Below are positions 49,155 through 59,163 of a DNA stretch of 64,000 nt, one piece after another. The translations under genes and the position numbers were made by a program. Under the pieces are notes generated by a model. It ran no database searches. It was not told the DNA's origin and worked only from the letters and a program-made list of their open reading frames with translations. The DNA comes from an uncultured Porphyromonadaceae bacterium (GTDB lineage: Bacteria > Bacteroidota > Bacteroidia > Bacteroidales > Muribaculaceae). Numbering within the stretch: position 1 is the stretch's first letter; each line of letters opens with the position of its first letter. Where the stretch lies: the NCBI GenBank assembly GCA_947575235.1, contig CANPMT010000001.1, forward strand, positions 70,990 through 134,989, written 5' to 3'.

Positions 49155-51563
49155 ATGAAAAGACTTCTGACTGGGGCGTTGATCGCCTCCCTCGCCTTGC
49201 CGGCGATGGCCAAATCTTCCAAGTCAGCCCATGGCTACCCTATCGACCCGGTGCCTTTCACAGCGGTGAAAGTGACCGACAATTTCTGGGGACAACGCCT
49301 GAAGGCCAGCCGCGAGACCACTATTCCACTCGCTTTCAGCAAATGTGAGGAGACGGGACGTTACGAGAATTTCGTGAAGGCTGCCCACCCTTGCGACACT
49401 ATCCACGTGGGGGGCTTCTCGTTTGACGACACCGACGTGTACAAGACCATCGAGGGTGCGAGCTATCTGCTCCAGACCTATCCCGACAAACGCCTGGAGA
49501 ATTATATCGACAGCGTACTGGTGATTGTGGCGGCCGCACAGGAACCTGACGGTTATCTCTACACTGCCCGCACCATGAACCCGAAGCATCCGCATGAATG
49601 GGCCGGTTCGAAGCGCTGGGAGGCTGTGGAGGATCTCAGCCATGAGTTCTATAACCTCGGCCATATGATCGAGGGTGCCATTGCCCACTATCAGGCCACA
49701 GGGAAGCGTAATTTCCTTGACATCGCCATAAAATATGCCGATTGCGTCTGTCGCGAGATCGGTGACGGTCCGGGTCAGGTGGCCCGTGTGCCGGGACATC
49801 AGATTGCCGAGATGGCTCTTGCCAAGCTCTATCTGGTGACAGGCGACAAGAAGTATCTCGACCAGGCTAAGTATTTCCTCGACAAGCGCGGATATACATC
49901 GCGCACAGATGAGTATAGCCAGGCCCACAAACCGGTGATTGAGCAGGATGAGGCCGTAGGCCATGCCGTACGTGCCGCTTATATGTATGCCGGAATGGCC
50001 GACGTGGCTGCCCTCACGGGCGATTCCGCCTATATCAAGGCTATCGACCGTATCTGGGATAATATCGTCGGTAAGAAGTATTATATCACCGGCGGTATCG
50101 GAGCCACAAGCAATGGCGAGGCTTTCGGTGCCAATTATGAGCTTCCAAATATGTCGGCCTATTGCGAGACCTGCGCCGCTATCGGCAATGTCTACGTAAA
50201 CCACCGTCTCTTCCTGCTGCATGGCGACTCGAAGTATTATGACGTGCTCGAACGCACTCTCTATAACGGCCTTATCTCGGGTGTGGCTCTTGATGGAGGC
50301 AGCTTCTTCTACCCTAACCCGCTTGAGAGCATGGGGCAGCATCAGCGCCAGCCCTGGTTCGGATGCGCCTGCTGTCCCTCTAACATAGCCCGTTTCATCC
50401 CCTCTCTTCCGGGCTATGTCTACGCCGTGAAGGGTGACGACGTGTATGTCAACCTCTTCATGTCGAACACCGGCGACCTGAAGGTGAACGGTAAGGATGT
50501 GACTCTGTCGCAGAGTGCGAATTATCCCTGGAACGGCGATATCGACCTGACTGTGGATAAGAACAAGGCCGGGAAGTTCGACCTTAAGATCCGCATACCG
50601 GGCTGGGTGAAGAATCATCCCGTGCCGAGCGACCTCTACACCTATTCCGACGGGAAACGCGCCGGCTACACTGTTATGGTGAACGGGAAACCGGCCGAGG
50701 GGAGCATCACTCCCGACGGCTATTTCACTATCGGCCGCAACTGGAAGAAGGGTGACAAGGTGCAGCTGCACCTCGACATGGAGCCGCGCACTGTCAGGGC
50801 TAACAATAAGGTGGAGGCCGACCGTGGCCGTATCGCCGTCGAGAGAGGTCCGGTGGTGTACTGTGCCGAATTCCCGGACAATGATTTCGATGTGCTCAGT
50901 ATCTTCGTCAACCAGAAACCGCAGTTTACCGTAACCGAGAAGCCGGATATGCTCTACGGTCTGGTGGAGCTCTCGACCGATGGCCAGGTGCTCAGCTATG
51001 ACGACAAGGGACGTCTTCAGACCCGTGACGTGCAGCTTAACCTCATACCTTATTACGCATGGTGCCACCGTGGCAGCGGCAATATGGCTGTATGGCTCCC
51101 CCAGGAACTGAGTGCCTCACGCCCCGTGATGCCCCCCACACTGGCCTCCACAAGTAAGATCAATTCATCTTCCGAGATGTATTCGCTGAGCTCGCTCAAC
51201 GACCGTCTTGTGCCGAAGGATGAGAACGACCGTTCGGTGCCCTACACCCACTGGTGGCCGAAGCAGGGCTCTACTGAATGGCTCAGCTATGAGTTCCCCG
51301 AGGAGCAGAGTGTTCAGAGTGCTACCGTCTATTGGTATGACGATGGCCCGTGGGGTGGCTGCCGTGTGCCGAAGGAGTGGAAGATCTACTATCAGGATGC
51401 CTCGGGCAACTGGCAGCCTGTGACCGGCGCCGACAGATATGGCACAGTCAAGGGTGCGGCCAACACCGTCAACTTCGACCCTGTCAAGACCCGCGCTATG
51501 AAACTGGAGGTAACCCTCCCCGACGACAATTCAGCCGGCATTTTCGAATGGCAGCTCGACTGA
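49155..51563 (+). CDS. GH127 beta-L-arabinofuranosidase with C-terminal F5/8-like module
   Basis: Signal peptide; FDDTDVYKTIEG, HEFYNLGH, GHAVRA, YCETCA, CACCPSN, RGPVVYC, IPYYAW. Confidence 0.92.
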   Translation: MKRLLTGALIASLALPAMAKSSKSAHGYPIDPVPFTAVKVTDNFWGQRLKASRETTIPLAFSKCEETGRYENFVKAAHPCDTIHVGGFSFDDTDVYKTIEGASYLLQTYPDKRLENYIDSVLVIVAAAQEPDGYLYTARTMNPKHPHEWAGSKRWEAVEDLSHEFYNLGHMIEGAIAHYQATGKRNFLDIAIKYADCVCREIGDGPGQVARVPGHQIAEMALAKLYLVTGDKKYLDQAKYFLDKRGYTSRTDEYSQAHKPVIEQDEAVGHAVRAAYMYAGMADVAALTGDSAYIKAIDRIWDNIVGKKYYITGGIGATSNGEAFGANYELPNMSAYCETCAAIGNVYVNHRLFLLHGDSKYYDVLERTLYNGLISGVALDGGSFFYPNPLESMGQHQRQPWFGCACCPSNIARFIPSLPGYVYAVKGDDVYVNLFMSNTGDLKVNGKDVTLSQSANYPWNGDIDLTVDKNKAGKFDLKIRIPGWVKNHPVPSDLYTYSDGKRAGYTVMVNGKPAEGSITPDGYFTIGRNWKKGDKVQLHLDMEPRTVRANNKVEADRGRIAVERGPVVYCAEFPDNDFDVLSIFVNQKPQFTVTEKPDMLYGLVELSTDGQVLSYDDKGRLQTRDVQLNLIPYYAWCHRGSGNMAVWLPQELSASRPVMPPTLASTSKINSSSEMYSLSSLNDRLVPKDENDRSVPYTHWWPKQGSTEWLSYEFPEEQSVQSATVYWYDDGPWGGCRVPKEWKIYYQDASGNWQPVTGADRYGTVKGAANTVNFDPVKTRAMKLEVTLPDDNSAGIFEWQLD

Positions 51564-51621
51564 CCTACGACTTCCCCAAGGCTCTTACGCCTTGACATCA
51601 CTCATGATAATTTGGTTTGTA

Positions 51622-51652
51622 CCCCCGTCTCGCCTGAGAGACGGGGGCTTTC
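51622..51652 (+). terminator. Intrinsic terminator
   Basis: cccccgtctc-N6-gagacggggg followed by ctttc. Confidence 0.75.
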
Positions 51653-51663
51653 TATAATGGTAG

Positions 51664-51705
51664 GTTTTTCTGTAAAGAGTGGGTGTTTTTCTGTAAACGG
51701 AGGGT
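51664..51705 (+). promoter_or_regulatory. 21-bp-period direct repeat, putative HTCS/AraC activator site
   Basis: gtttttctgtaaagagtgggt followed by gtttttctgtaaacggagggt, upstream of a TATTTTTG box at 51780-51787. Confidence 0.6.
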
Positions 51706-51863
51706 GCGGGATAGTTTTTTAGCCGATTTACATCCCATCATTGATTGATTTACGTATGGTAGGTTTGGGAAGTTTTTTATATTTTTGTAAAAATTTTCAC
51801 GGCTCCCGCTGCGGATGCCTCTGAAACCAACCTAACAACAGATAATACCAACCATACCTGATC

Positions 51864-54251
51864 ATGAAAAGACTACCTTTATTGTCGCTGCTGACCGTCA
51901 TGGGTCTGTTCGGCTCAACGCAGGCCTTCTGTGCCTCGCAGCCTCAACAGGCCAAGGAGGTGACTGCCCTCAATACGTTCAAGGCCGGCGACGGCACATT
52001 TCTTCTCAACGGCGAACCTTTCGTGGTGAAAGCTGCCGAACTTCATTATCCCCGTATTCCGCGTGAGTATTGGGACCACCGTATCAAGATGTGCAAGGCT
52101 CTCGGCATGAACACCGTCTGCCTCTATGTGTTCTGGAACGCCCATGAGAGTGAACCTGACAAATTCGATTTCACCGGACAGAATGACCTGGCTGAGTTTA
52201 TACGCCTCTGCCAGGCCAACGATATGTATGTGATTCTCCGTCCCGGCCCCTATGTGTGTGCCGAATGGGAGATGGGTGGCCTCCCCTGGTGGCTGCTTAA
52301 GAAGAAGGATATCCGCCTGCGCGAACAGGACCCCTATTTCATGGAGCGCGTTGATAAATTCCAGAAAGCGGTGGCCGACCAGGTTTCTGACCTCACTATC
52401 GACAAGGGTGGCCCGCTGATTATGGTGCAGGTGGAGAATGAATATGGCTCCTATGGCACCGACAAGGCTTACGTGAGCGAGATCCGTGACCTGCTGCGCA
52501 AGAATTTCGGCGATGAGGTGACCCTCTTCCAGTGCGACTGGTCGTCGAACTTCCTCAACAATGGTCTTGACGACCTTATCTGGACGATGAACTTCGGAAC
52601 CGGTGCGAATATCGACCAGCAGTTTGCCAAACTTAAGGAGGTGCGCCCCGACAGCCCGCTGATGTGTTCGGAGTTCTGGAGCGGATGGTTCGACAAATGG
52701 GGTGGCAACCATGAGACACGTCCTGCGGCCGACATGGTGGAGGGTATCGACGAGATGCTCTCAAAAGGGATCTCTTTCAGTCTCTACATGACTCACGGCG
52801 GAACCAACTGGGGTCACTGGGCCGGTGCCAACTCACCCGGATTCTCGCCCGATGTGACATCTTATGATTATGACGCCCCTATAAGCGAATCGGGTGTGGC
52901 CACTCCGAAGTATCATGCCCTGCGCAATACTTTGGCAAAATATTCCGACAAGAAACTCCCCGCCGTGCCGAAGGCCATACCTACCATAGCCATCAAGCCT
53001 TTCGACTTCACTGAGGTGGCCCCGCTCTTCGCCAACCTGCCGGAGAGCAAGAGGGAGACCGACATCAAGACAATGGAGGAGTTCAACCAGGGATTCGGCT
53101 CCATACTCTACCGCACCCAGCTCCCTGAGCTCACATCACCTTCGCTCCTTACCATAAGCGACCCGCACGACTTCGTGCAGGTGTTCATCGATGGCAAGTA
53201 TATCGGGAAGCTCGACCGCCGCATGGGTGAGACAGCCCTGCAGATTCCGGCGGTAAAGAAAGGGGCGCAGCTCGACCTCCTCGTGGAGGCCATGGGCCGT
53301 ATCAACTTCGGACGTGCCATAAAGGATTTCAAGGGTATCACCGATAAGGTGACCGTGACTGAGGTGCGCGACGGACATTCCTTTGTGTGCGACCTTAAGA
53401 ACTGGGAGGTATTCAACCTTGAGGATACCGAGGAGTTCTACGATTCGATGGAGTATTTCCCCATCGGAAGTTTCACCCCGGGTGATGACGGACGTTTGCC
53501 GATTGGCGTTTACCGCGCCACTTTCAATGTGAGCAAACCGGGCGACACTTTCCTGAATTTCGAGTCCTGGGGTAAGGGTCTGGTCTACGTCAACGGCCAC
53601 CCCATGGGACGTATCTGGGAAATCGGTCCGCAACAGACTCTCTATATGCCGGGATGCTGGCTGAAGAAGGGTGAGAACGAGATCATGGTGTTCGACATCG
53701 TGGGTCCCCGCAAGGCTTCTTCCGAAGGTTTGAAGACCCCGATACTCGACCAGCTCCAGACACCGCGCCGGCTCGTGCACCGTGAGGATGGGGAGAATCT
53801 CTCACTCGCCGGACTGACTCCGGCCGCCTCAGGCAGTTTCAAACGTGTGAACGGATGGCAGGAGACAACCTTCAACTCTCCGGTGAAGGGGCGCTTCGTA
53901 TGCCTCGAGATGCTCTCGGCTGCCGGCAATGACAACGACGCCGCCATAGCTGAGATGTATCTGGTTGATGATAAGGGTAACCGTCTGTCGCGTGAGCCGT
54001 GGACCGTGCGTTACGCCGACTCAGAGGAGGTGAAGGATGGCAATTACTCAGCCGACAAGATTTTCGACCTCCAGGAATCAACTTACTGGAAACCGGTGAA
54101 GGGCACACCCTATCCTCATGCCGTGGTAATCGACTTAGGTGCGGAGCATACCCTGACAGGGCTGCAGTATCTCCCCCGCATGGAGAAGGATGTGCCGGGT
54201 GCCATCGGCGAGTATAAGGTTTATGTGAGCAGTGACGATTTCAAATATTGA
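51864..54251 (+). CDS. GH35 beta-galactosidase with C-terminal F5/8 (CBM32-like) domain
   Basis: ELHYPRIP, LRPGPYVCAEW, QVENEYG, SEFWSGWFD, YMTHGGTN, TSYDYDAP, GPQQTLY. Confidence 0.94.
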   Translation: MKRLPLLSLLTVMGLFGSTQAFCASQPQQAKEVTALNTFKAGDGTFLLNGEPFVVKAAELHYPRIPREYWDHRIKMCKALGMNTVCLYVFWNAHESEPDKFDFTGQNDLAEFIRLCQANDMYVILRPGPYVCAEWEMGGLPWWLLKKKDIRLREQDPYFMERVDKFQKAVADQVSDLTIDKGGPLIMVQVENEYGSYGTDKAYVSEIRDLLRKNFGDEVTLFQCDWSSNFLNNGLDDLIWTMNFGTGANIDQQFAKLKEVRPDSPLMCSEFWSGWFDKWGGNHETRPAADMVEGIDEMLSKGISFSLYMTHGGTNWGHWAGANSPGFSPDVTSYDYDAPISESGVATPKYHALRNTLAKYSDKKLPAVPKAIPTIAIKPFDFTEVAPLFANLPESKRETDIKTMEEFNQGFGSILYRTQLPELTSPSLLTISDPHDFVQVFIDGKYIGKLDRRMGETALQIPAVKKGAQLDLLVEAMGRINFGRAIKDFKGITDKVTVTEVRDGHSFVCDLKNWEVFNLEDTEEFYDSMEYFPIGSFTPGDDGRLPIGVYRATFNVSKPGDTFLNFESWGKGLVYVNGHPMGRIWEIGPQQTLYMPGCWLKKGENEIMVFDIVGPRKASSEGLKTPILDQLQTPRRLVHREDGENLSLAGLTPAASGSFKRVNGWQETTFNSPVKGRFVCLEMLSAAGNDNDAAIAEMYLVDDKGNRLSREPWTVRYADSEEVKDGNYSADKIFDLQESTYWKPVKGTPYPHAVVIDLGAEHTLTGLQYLPRMEKDVPGAIGEYKVYVSSDDFKY

Positions 54252-54266
54252 TTGCATATCAAGAAG

Positions 54267-56234
54267 ATGAGACATACAGGTTATTTAGCCGCTCTGATGC
54301 TCGGGGCTGTCGTTCAGACAGCCTCGGCAGCGGCGCCTGCCAACGGCAGCGCATCAATCTCGGGTCCTGACGGGAGGGTCCGGCTTACCCTTACCTGCGC
54401 CAAAAGCAACGGAGGGGTGCCCACTTACACCGTCACTTATGACGGCAAGACCATCATAGCCCCCTCGCAGTTAGGCTTCACCAGCAATATCGGAGATTTC
54501 GAGAAGGGACTATCTTTCACCAATGTCAGCACCGACAAGGTGAGCGAGCATTACACCCTCAGCCATATCAAAAAGTCGGAGATCGATTTCAACGCCAATA
54601 AGATGGTGTGCGATTTCACGGCAGCCGACGGTGCCAAGATGAGCATAGAGTTTCTCGTGGCTGACAATGACGTGGCTTTCCGCTATTGCATACCGAAGCA
54701 GAACGACCGCGGGAGCATACGTATAATGGATGAGAAGACCTCTTTCGCCTTCCCCGAAGCCACCACCACGTTCCTCACTCCGCAGAGCGACGCCATGATT
54801 GGCTGGAAACGCACCAAACCGAGCTACGAGGAGGAGTATGTGCTCGATGCCCCGATGACGGCGAAGTCGCAGTATGGCCACGGCTATACCTTCCCGGCCC
54901 TCTTCCGGATAGGTGAGGATGGCTGGGCACTCGTTAGCGAGACCGGGGTAGACAGCAAGTATTGCGGATCGCGCCTCGGCGACTACTCAGCAGCCTCCGG
55001 TTATAAGGTGGAGTTCCCTATGGCTGAGGAGAACAACGGCAACGGCACTCCGGAACCGGCATTCGCACTCCCCGGCAATACACCCTGGCGCACCATCACC
55101 TTAGGCGCCACACTGAAACCTATCGTGGAGACCACCATCACATGGGATGTGGTGAAACCTCTCTACGAACCGTCGGCTGAGTATAAACCGGGACGCGGCA
55201 CATGGAGCTGGATTCTCTGGCAGGATAACAGCATCAATTACAATGACATAAAGACCTATATCGACTTCGCGGCCGAGATGGGTTATGAGTATACGCTGAT
55301 CGACAACTGGTGGGACAACAATATCGGACGCGCAAAGATGGAGGAGCTTATCCGTTATGCCAAGTCGCGTGGCGTGGAGCCTGTGATATGGTATAGCTCA
55401 AGCGGCTATTGGAACGACATTGAGCAGGGGCCCATCAACCGTATGGACTCACCCATTGCACGACGTGCCGAGATGGACTGGCTGAAGAGGAATGATGTCA
55501 AGGGTATAAAGGTTGACTTCTGGGGTGGCGACAAGCAGGAGACAATGCGTCTTTACGAGCAGATATTCACTGATGCCGACGACCATGGCATTTCTGTAGT
55601 GGTGCATGGCTGCACACTCCCACGTGGCTGGGAGCGGATGTATCCCAACTATTTCGGCAGTGAGGCTGTGTTGGCTTCGGAGAATCTTGTCTTCAACCAG
55701 CATTTCTGCGACGAGGAGGCTGTGAACGCCACCACCCATCCCTTCATACGCAATGCCGTGGGGTGTATGGAGTTCGGTCCGGTCTTCCTCAACAAGCGTC
55801 TCAACAAGGGTAACGACGGGGGTACTGTACGCAAGACCACCGATGTGTTTGAGGTGGCCACAGCCATACTTTTCCAGAATCCCGTGCAGATGTTCGCGTT
55901 GGCTCCCAATAATCTTCAGGATGCCCCGGCAATCATGATGGATTTCATGAAGGAGGTGCCCACCACCTGGGATGAGACTCTTTTCATTGACGGTTATCCC
56001 GGAAAGTATGTTGTGCTGGCACGCCGTCATGGCACCCAGTGGTATGTCATGGCTCTCAATGCCGACAAGAAGGAGCGCAAGATCGAGGCCGAGCTCCCCA
56101 TGCTGGCCGGGAAGAGCGTGACTCTCTATAATGACAAGAAGGACCGCACGCCTGTAATGTCCACCCTCAAGGTGCCGGCATCGGGCAAAGTGAAACTCAC
56201 TCTTCAGCCGGAAGGAGCGGCTATTTTAAAATGA
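54267..56234 (+). CDS. GH97 glycoside hydrolase (retaining type)
   Basis: VAFRY, TPWR, YIDFAA, GIKVDF, HGCTLPRGWERMYPN, PTTWDET; ATG 54267 preferred. Confidence 0.92.
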   Translation: MRHTGYLAALMLGAVVQTASAAAPANGSASISGPDGRVRLTLTCAKSNGGVPTYTVTYDGKTIIAPSQLGFTSNIGDFEKGLSFTNVSTDKVSEHYTLSHIKKSEIDFNANKMVCDFTAADGAKMSIEFLVADNDVAFRYCIPKQNDRGSIRIMDEKTSFAFPEATTTFLTPQSDAMIGWKRTKPSYEEEYVLDAPMTAKSQYGHGYTFPALFRIGEDGWALVSETGVDSKYCGSRLGDYSAASGYKVEFPMAEENNGNGTPEPAFALPGNTPWRTITLGATLKPIVETTITWDVVKPLYEPSAEYKPGRGTWSWILWQDNSINYNDIKTYIDFAAEMGYEYTLIDNWWDNNIGRAKMEELIRYAKSRGVEPVIWYSSSGYWNDIEQGPINRMDSPIARRAEMDWLKRNDVKGIKVDFWGGDKQETMRLYEQIFTDADDHGISVVVHGCTLPRGWERMYPNYFGSEAVLASENLVFNQHFCDEEAVNATTHPFIRNAVGCMEFGPVFLNKRLNKGNDGGTVRKTTDVFEVATAILFQNPVQMFALAPNNLQDAPAIMMDFMKEVPTTWDETLFIDGYPGKYVVLARRHGTQWYVMALNADKKERKIEAELPMLAGKSVTLYNDKKDRTPVMSTLKVPASGKVKLTLQPEGAAILK

Positions 56235-58129
56235 GACTCATAAATCATAGCATGGCCGCGGCTCTGCTGATGAGCGCCGCCGGAGTGCAGGCTGCCGACA
56301 CGGAACCTTGCACCGCCTACCTCTTCACATATTTCACCGGAAATGACAAGCTCGACGAGGCAATACGGTTCGGAGTGAGCCGCGACGGACTGAATTTCAC
56401 CGCCCTCAATGACAACGCCCCCGTGATTGACTCGCGCCTGATCAGCGAGACCGGTGGCGTGCGCGACCCCCATATACTCCGCACTGAGAATGGGAAGCAT
56501 TTCTATATGGTGGTGACCGATATGGTGTGCGCCAACGGCTGGGATTCCAACCGCGGTCTGACGCTGCTGAAATCGGACGACCTTGTGAACTGGACCTCAT
56601 CGGTAATCAACATACAGAAGCGCTACAAGGGGCATGACAATCTGAAACGTGTGTGGGCTCCGCAGACTATCTACGACCATGACGCGGGGAAGTATATGGT
56701 GTATTTCTCAATGCAACATGGCGACGGACCGGATATCATCTATTATGCCTATGCCAACGACGACTTCACGGATTTCATCGGTAAACCGAAGCCGCTTTTC
56801 ATCCCGAAGGATAAGAAATCGTGTATCGACGGCGACATCATATATAAGGATGGGGAATATAACCTCTTCTATAAGACCGAGGGACATGGCAACGGCATAA
56901 AGAAGGCCACCACATCAAAACTGACCTCCGGGAAGTGGGTGGAGTCGCCCGACTACAAGCAGCAGACCGACAAGGCTGTGGAGGGCTCCGGAATATACAA
57001 GATGAACAATTCGGATAAGTATATCCTGATGTATGACGTGTATATGAACGGCCAGTACCAGTTCACCGAATCGACCGACCTTGATAATTTCAAGGTGATC
57101 GATTCTGACGTGTCGATGGATTTCCATCCCCGCCACGGCACCATCATGCCTATCACTGATGCAGAGTATGACCGTCTGGTGAAGGCTTTCCCCTCGTATC
57201 TCAAAGGGCGCAAAAATCCGGTGCTGCCGGAGCTTCATGCCGACCCGGAGGTGCTCTATTCCAACAAGACCAACCGTTACTATATCTATTCCACCACCGA
57301 CGGTTTTCCCGGCTGGGGAGGCTCGTATTACACCTGCTATTCGTCGCCCGACCTGAACGAGTGGAAGTATGAGGGGATTGTGCTCGATGCCGCCACCGAC
57401 CAGGTGCCCTGGGCCGACGGCAGTCTCTGGGCTCCGGCCGCCGAGGAGAAGATGATTGACGGTGAGTATAAGTATTTCCTCTATTTCAGCGCCAACCCGA
57501 AGAGCAATGACGGAAAGCAGATCGGTGTGGCTGTGGCCGATTCTCCCAAGGGACCGTTCAAGGCTATGGATAAACCGATGATTACAAAATCTCCAGCCGG
57601 CAAGGGGCAGCAGATTGACGTGGATGTATTCACCGACCCCGTGAGCGGCAAGTCTTACCTTTACTGGGGTAACGGCTACATGGCAGGTGCCGAGCTGCAG
57701 CAGGACATGACCTCAATCGTGGAGAGCACTGTCACCGTGATGACGCCCGAGGGGGGGACGCTGCAGGATTACGAATTCCGCGAGGCTCCTTATGTGTTCT
57801 ACCGCGACGGGAAGTATTACTTCATGTGGTCGGTCGACGACACGGGCTCGCCTAACTATCATGTGGCTTACGGCACATCCGACTCACCGTTGGGACCGAT
57901 TGAGGTGGCCGCGCATCCTGTAATACTCTCGCAGAAGGATAACCGCATCCTGGGTCCGGCGCATAATTCGGTGATACAGATTCCGGGCACCGATGACTGG
58001 GTGACGGTATATCACCGCATCAACCGAAACTACCGCGACAGCTCGCCGGGTGTACACCGCGAGGTGTGCATAGACCGTCTGCAGTTCAACCCTGACGGCA
58101 GCATCATACCGGTGACCTGCACCAACTGA
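56231..58129 (+). CDS. Two-domain GH43 glycoside hydrolase
   Basis: Domain 1: GVRDPHI, VWAPQ, CIDGD, VEG. Domain 2: HADPEV, LWAP, QIDVD, REAP, GPAHNS. ATGA overlap with GH97. Confidence 0.9.
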   Translation: MRLINHSMAAALLMSAAGVQAADTEPCTAYLFTYFTGNDKLDEAIRFGVSRDGLNFTALNDNAPVIDSRLISETGGVRDPHILRTENGKHFYMVVTDMVCANGWDSNRGLTLLKSDDLVNWTSSVINIQKRYKGHDNLKRVWAPQTIYDHDAGKYMVYFSMQHGDGPDIIYYAYANDDFTDFIGKPKPLFIPKDKKSCIDGDIIYKDGEYNLFYKTEGHGNGIKKATTSKLTSGKWVESPDYKQQTDKAVEGSGIYKMNNSDKYILMYDVYMNGQYQFTESTDLDNFKVIDSDVSMDFHPRHGTIMPITDAEYDRLVKAFPSYLKGRKNPVLPELHADPEVLYSNKTNRYYIYSTTDGFPGWGGSYYTCYSSPDLNEWKYEGIVLDAATDQVPWADGSLWAPAAEEKMIDGEYKYFLYFSANPKSNDGKQIGVAVADSPKGPFKAMDKPMITKSPAGKGQQIDVDVFTDPVSGKSYLYWGNGYMAGAELQQDMTSIVESTVTVMTPEGGTLQDYEFREAPYVFYRDGKYYFMWSVDDTGSPNYHVAYGTSDSPLGPIEVAAHPVILSQKDNRILGPAHNSVIQIPGTDDWVTVYHRINRNYRDSSPGVHREVCIDRLQFNPDGSIIPVTCTN

Positions 58130-58141
58130 GAATAACCGGCC

Positions 58142-59068
58142 TCACAACCGGATACCGTTGCGCAGCAATGTACGCTCCAACATATCTGAGGGCATAAACT
58201 TCTTCATTGTGTCGGGAATAGTATTGAGCATACGCTCCCTTACATAATCTTCCCGGATGTATATCGATACTTTACGCAATGACAAGTGATCCCCCTCTAT
58301 GTTGCGTACATTGCTGCGTTGCTGTGGTGTGAGCATGGGAAGATGCATCTCCGGTATGATGGTATAGCCTCCGTTCGTGTCGACAATTCTTATGAGGGTG
58401 TCTATATTTCCTGCCTCATACACATGACGCCGCCCTATACGTCCCTTGCAAAAACTGAACGCGCTCTCCCTGAGACATTGCACCTCTTTCATCACCCAGA
58501 GATGCTCATGCTCAAGTTCCGCCGGATTGAACACGGGCAACTTACGCTGGCAACTCTCCGAGAGATATACGAAGAAACGTTCTGTATAAAGCGGAATCTC
58601 GTAAAGTCCGGCACATATATGGCCGGTGGAAGCGATTCCCGCATCTATATCCGAATCACGGAGTGCCTTTATCATTGCCTCGGGGCGCATCTCCTCAACC
58701 GACAGTTGCACATCAGGATAATCCTTCATATAGTTGCGGATGAAATCGGGCAGTATGTAGGGGGCTATGCTCGGTCCGACCGCAAAATGGAACTCACCGG
58801 TCAGTCCTCCCTTAATATCAGCCACCATCTCCTTTATCCTGTCGGCTTCCATAAGTGTCTTGCGTGCCTGCTGAATTATCTTCTCACCTATGAGAGAGGT
58901 TGTGACTTTACGGCTCGTACGGTCGAACAGCCTTACGTCAAGTTCCTCCTCAAGTTTGCTCACCATCGCGCTGAGAGTAGGTTGTGTCACATCAAGAGCC
59001 TCGGCGGCGGCGGCAAAACTGCGGTATCGGTCGATTGCCTCTGCATATTTAAGTTGCTGCAATGTCAT
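58142..59068 (-). CDS. oxyR: OxyR-like LysR regulator
   Basis: LysR HTH (VTQPTLS..LEEEL..LFDR); IAPYILP; C-X8-C pair in QCLRESAFSFC. Confidence 0.8.
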   Translation of the reverse strand: MTLQQLKYAEAIDRYRSFAAAAEALDVTQPTLSAMVSKLEEELDVRLFDRTSRKVTTSLIGEKIIQQARKTLMEADRIKEMVADIKGGLTGEFHFAVGPSIAPYILPDFIRNYMKDYPDVQLSVEEMRPEAMIKALRDSDIDAGIASTGHICAGLYEIPLYTERFFVYLSESCQRKLPVFNPAELEHEHLWVMKEVQCLRESAFSFCKGRIGRRHVYEAGNIDTLIRIVDTNGGYTIIPEMHLPMLTPQQRSNVRNIEGDHLSLRKVSIYIREDYVRERMLNTIPDTMKKFMPSDMLERTLLRNGIRL

Positions 59069-59072
59069 ATCT

Positions 59073-59138
59073 ATAGTTTTTATCTATGCAAAGATAATAA
59101 AAACCGTTTGTTTCTCTATTATTTTATCTCTACCTTTG
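59073..59138. promoter_or_regulatory. OxyR/LysR box and divergent promoters
   Basis: ATAGtttttatCTAT at 59073-59087 fits ATAGntnnnanCTAT; TATCTTTG on minus at 59089-59096; TACCTTTG on plus at 59131-59138. Confidence 0.7.
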
Positions 59139-59163
59139 TGGCAGAAATAAAAAACGACACACT

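Noticed and set aside
49224-51068. 614-aa minus-strand ORF
   Set aside because: Antisense to GH127 in codon register; explained by codon bias, with no recognisable motifs.
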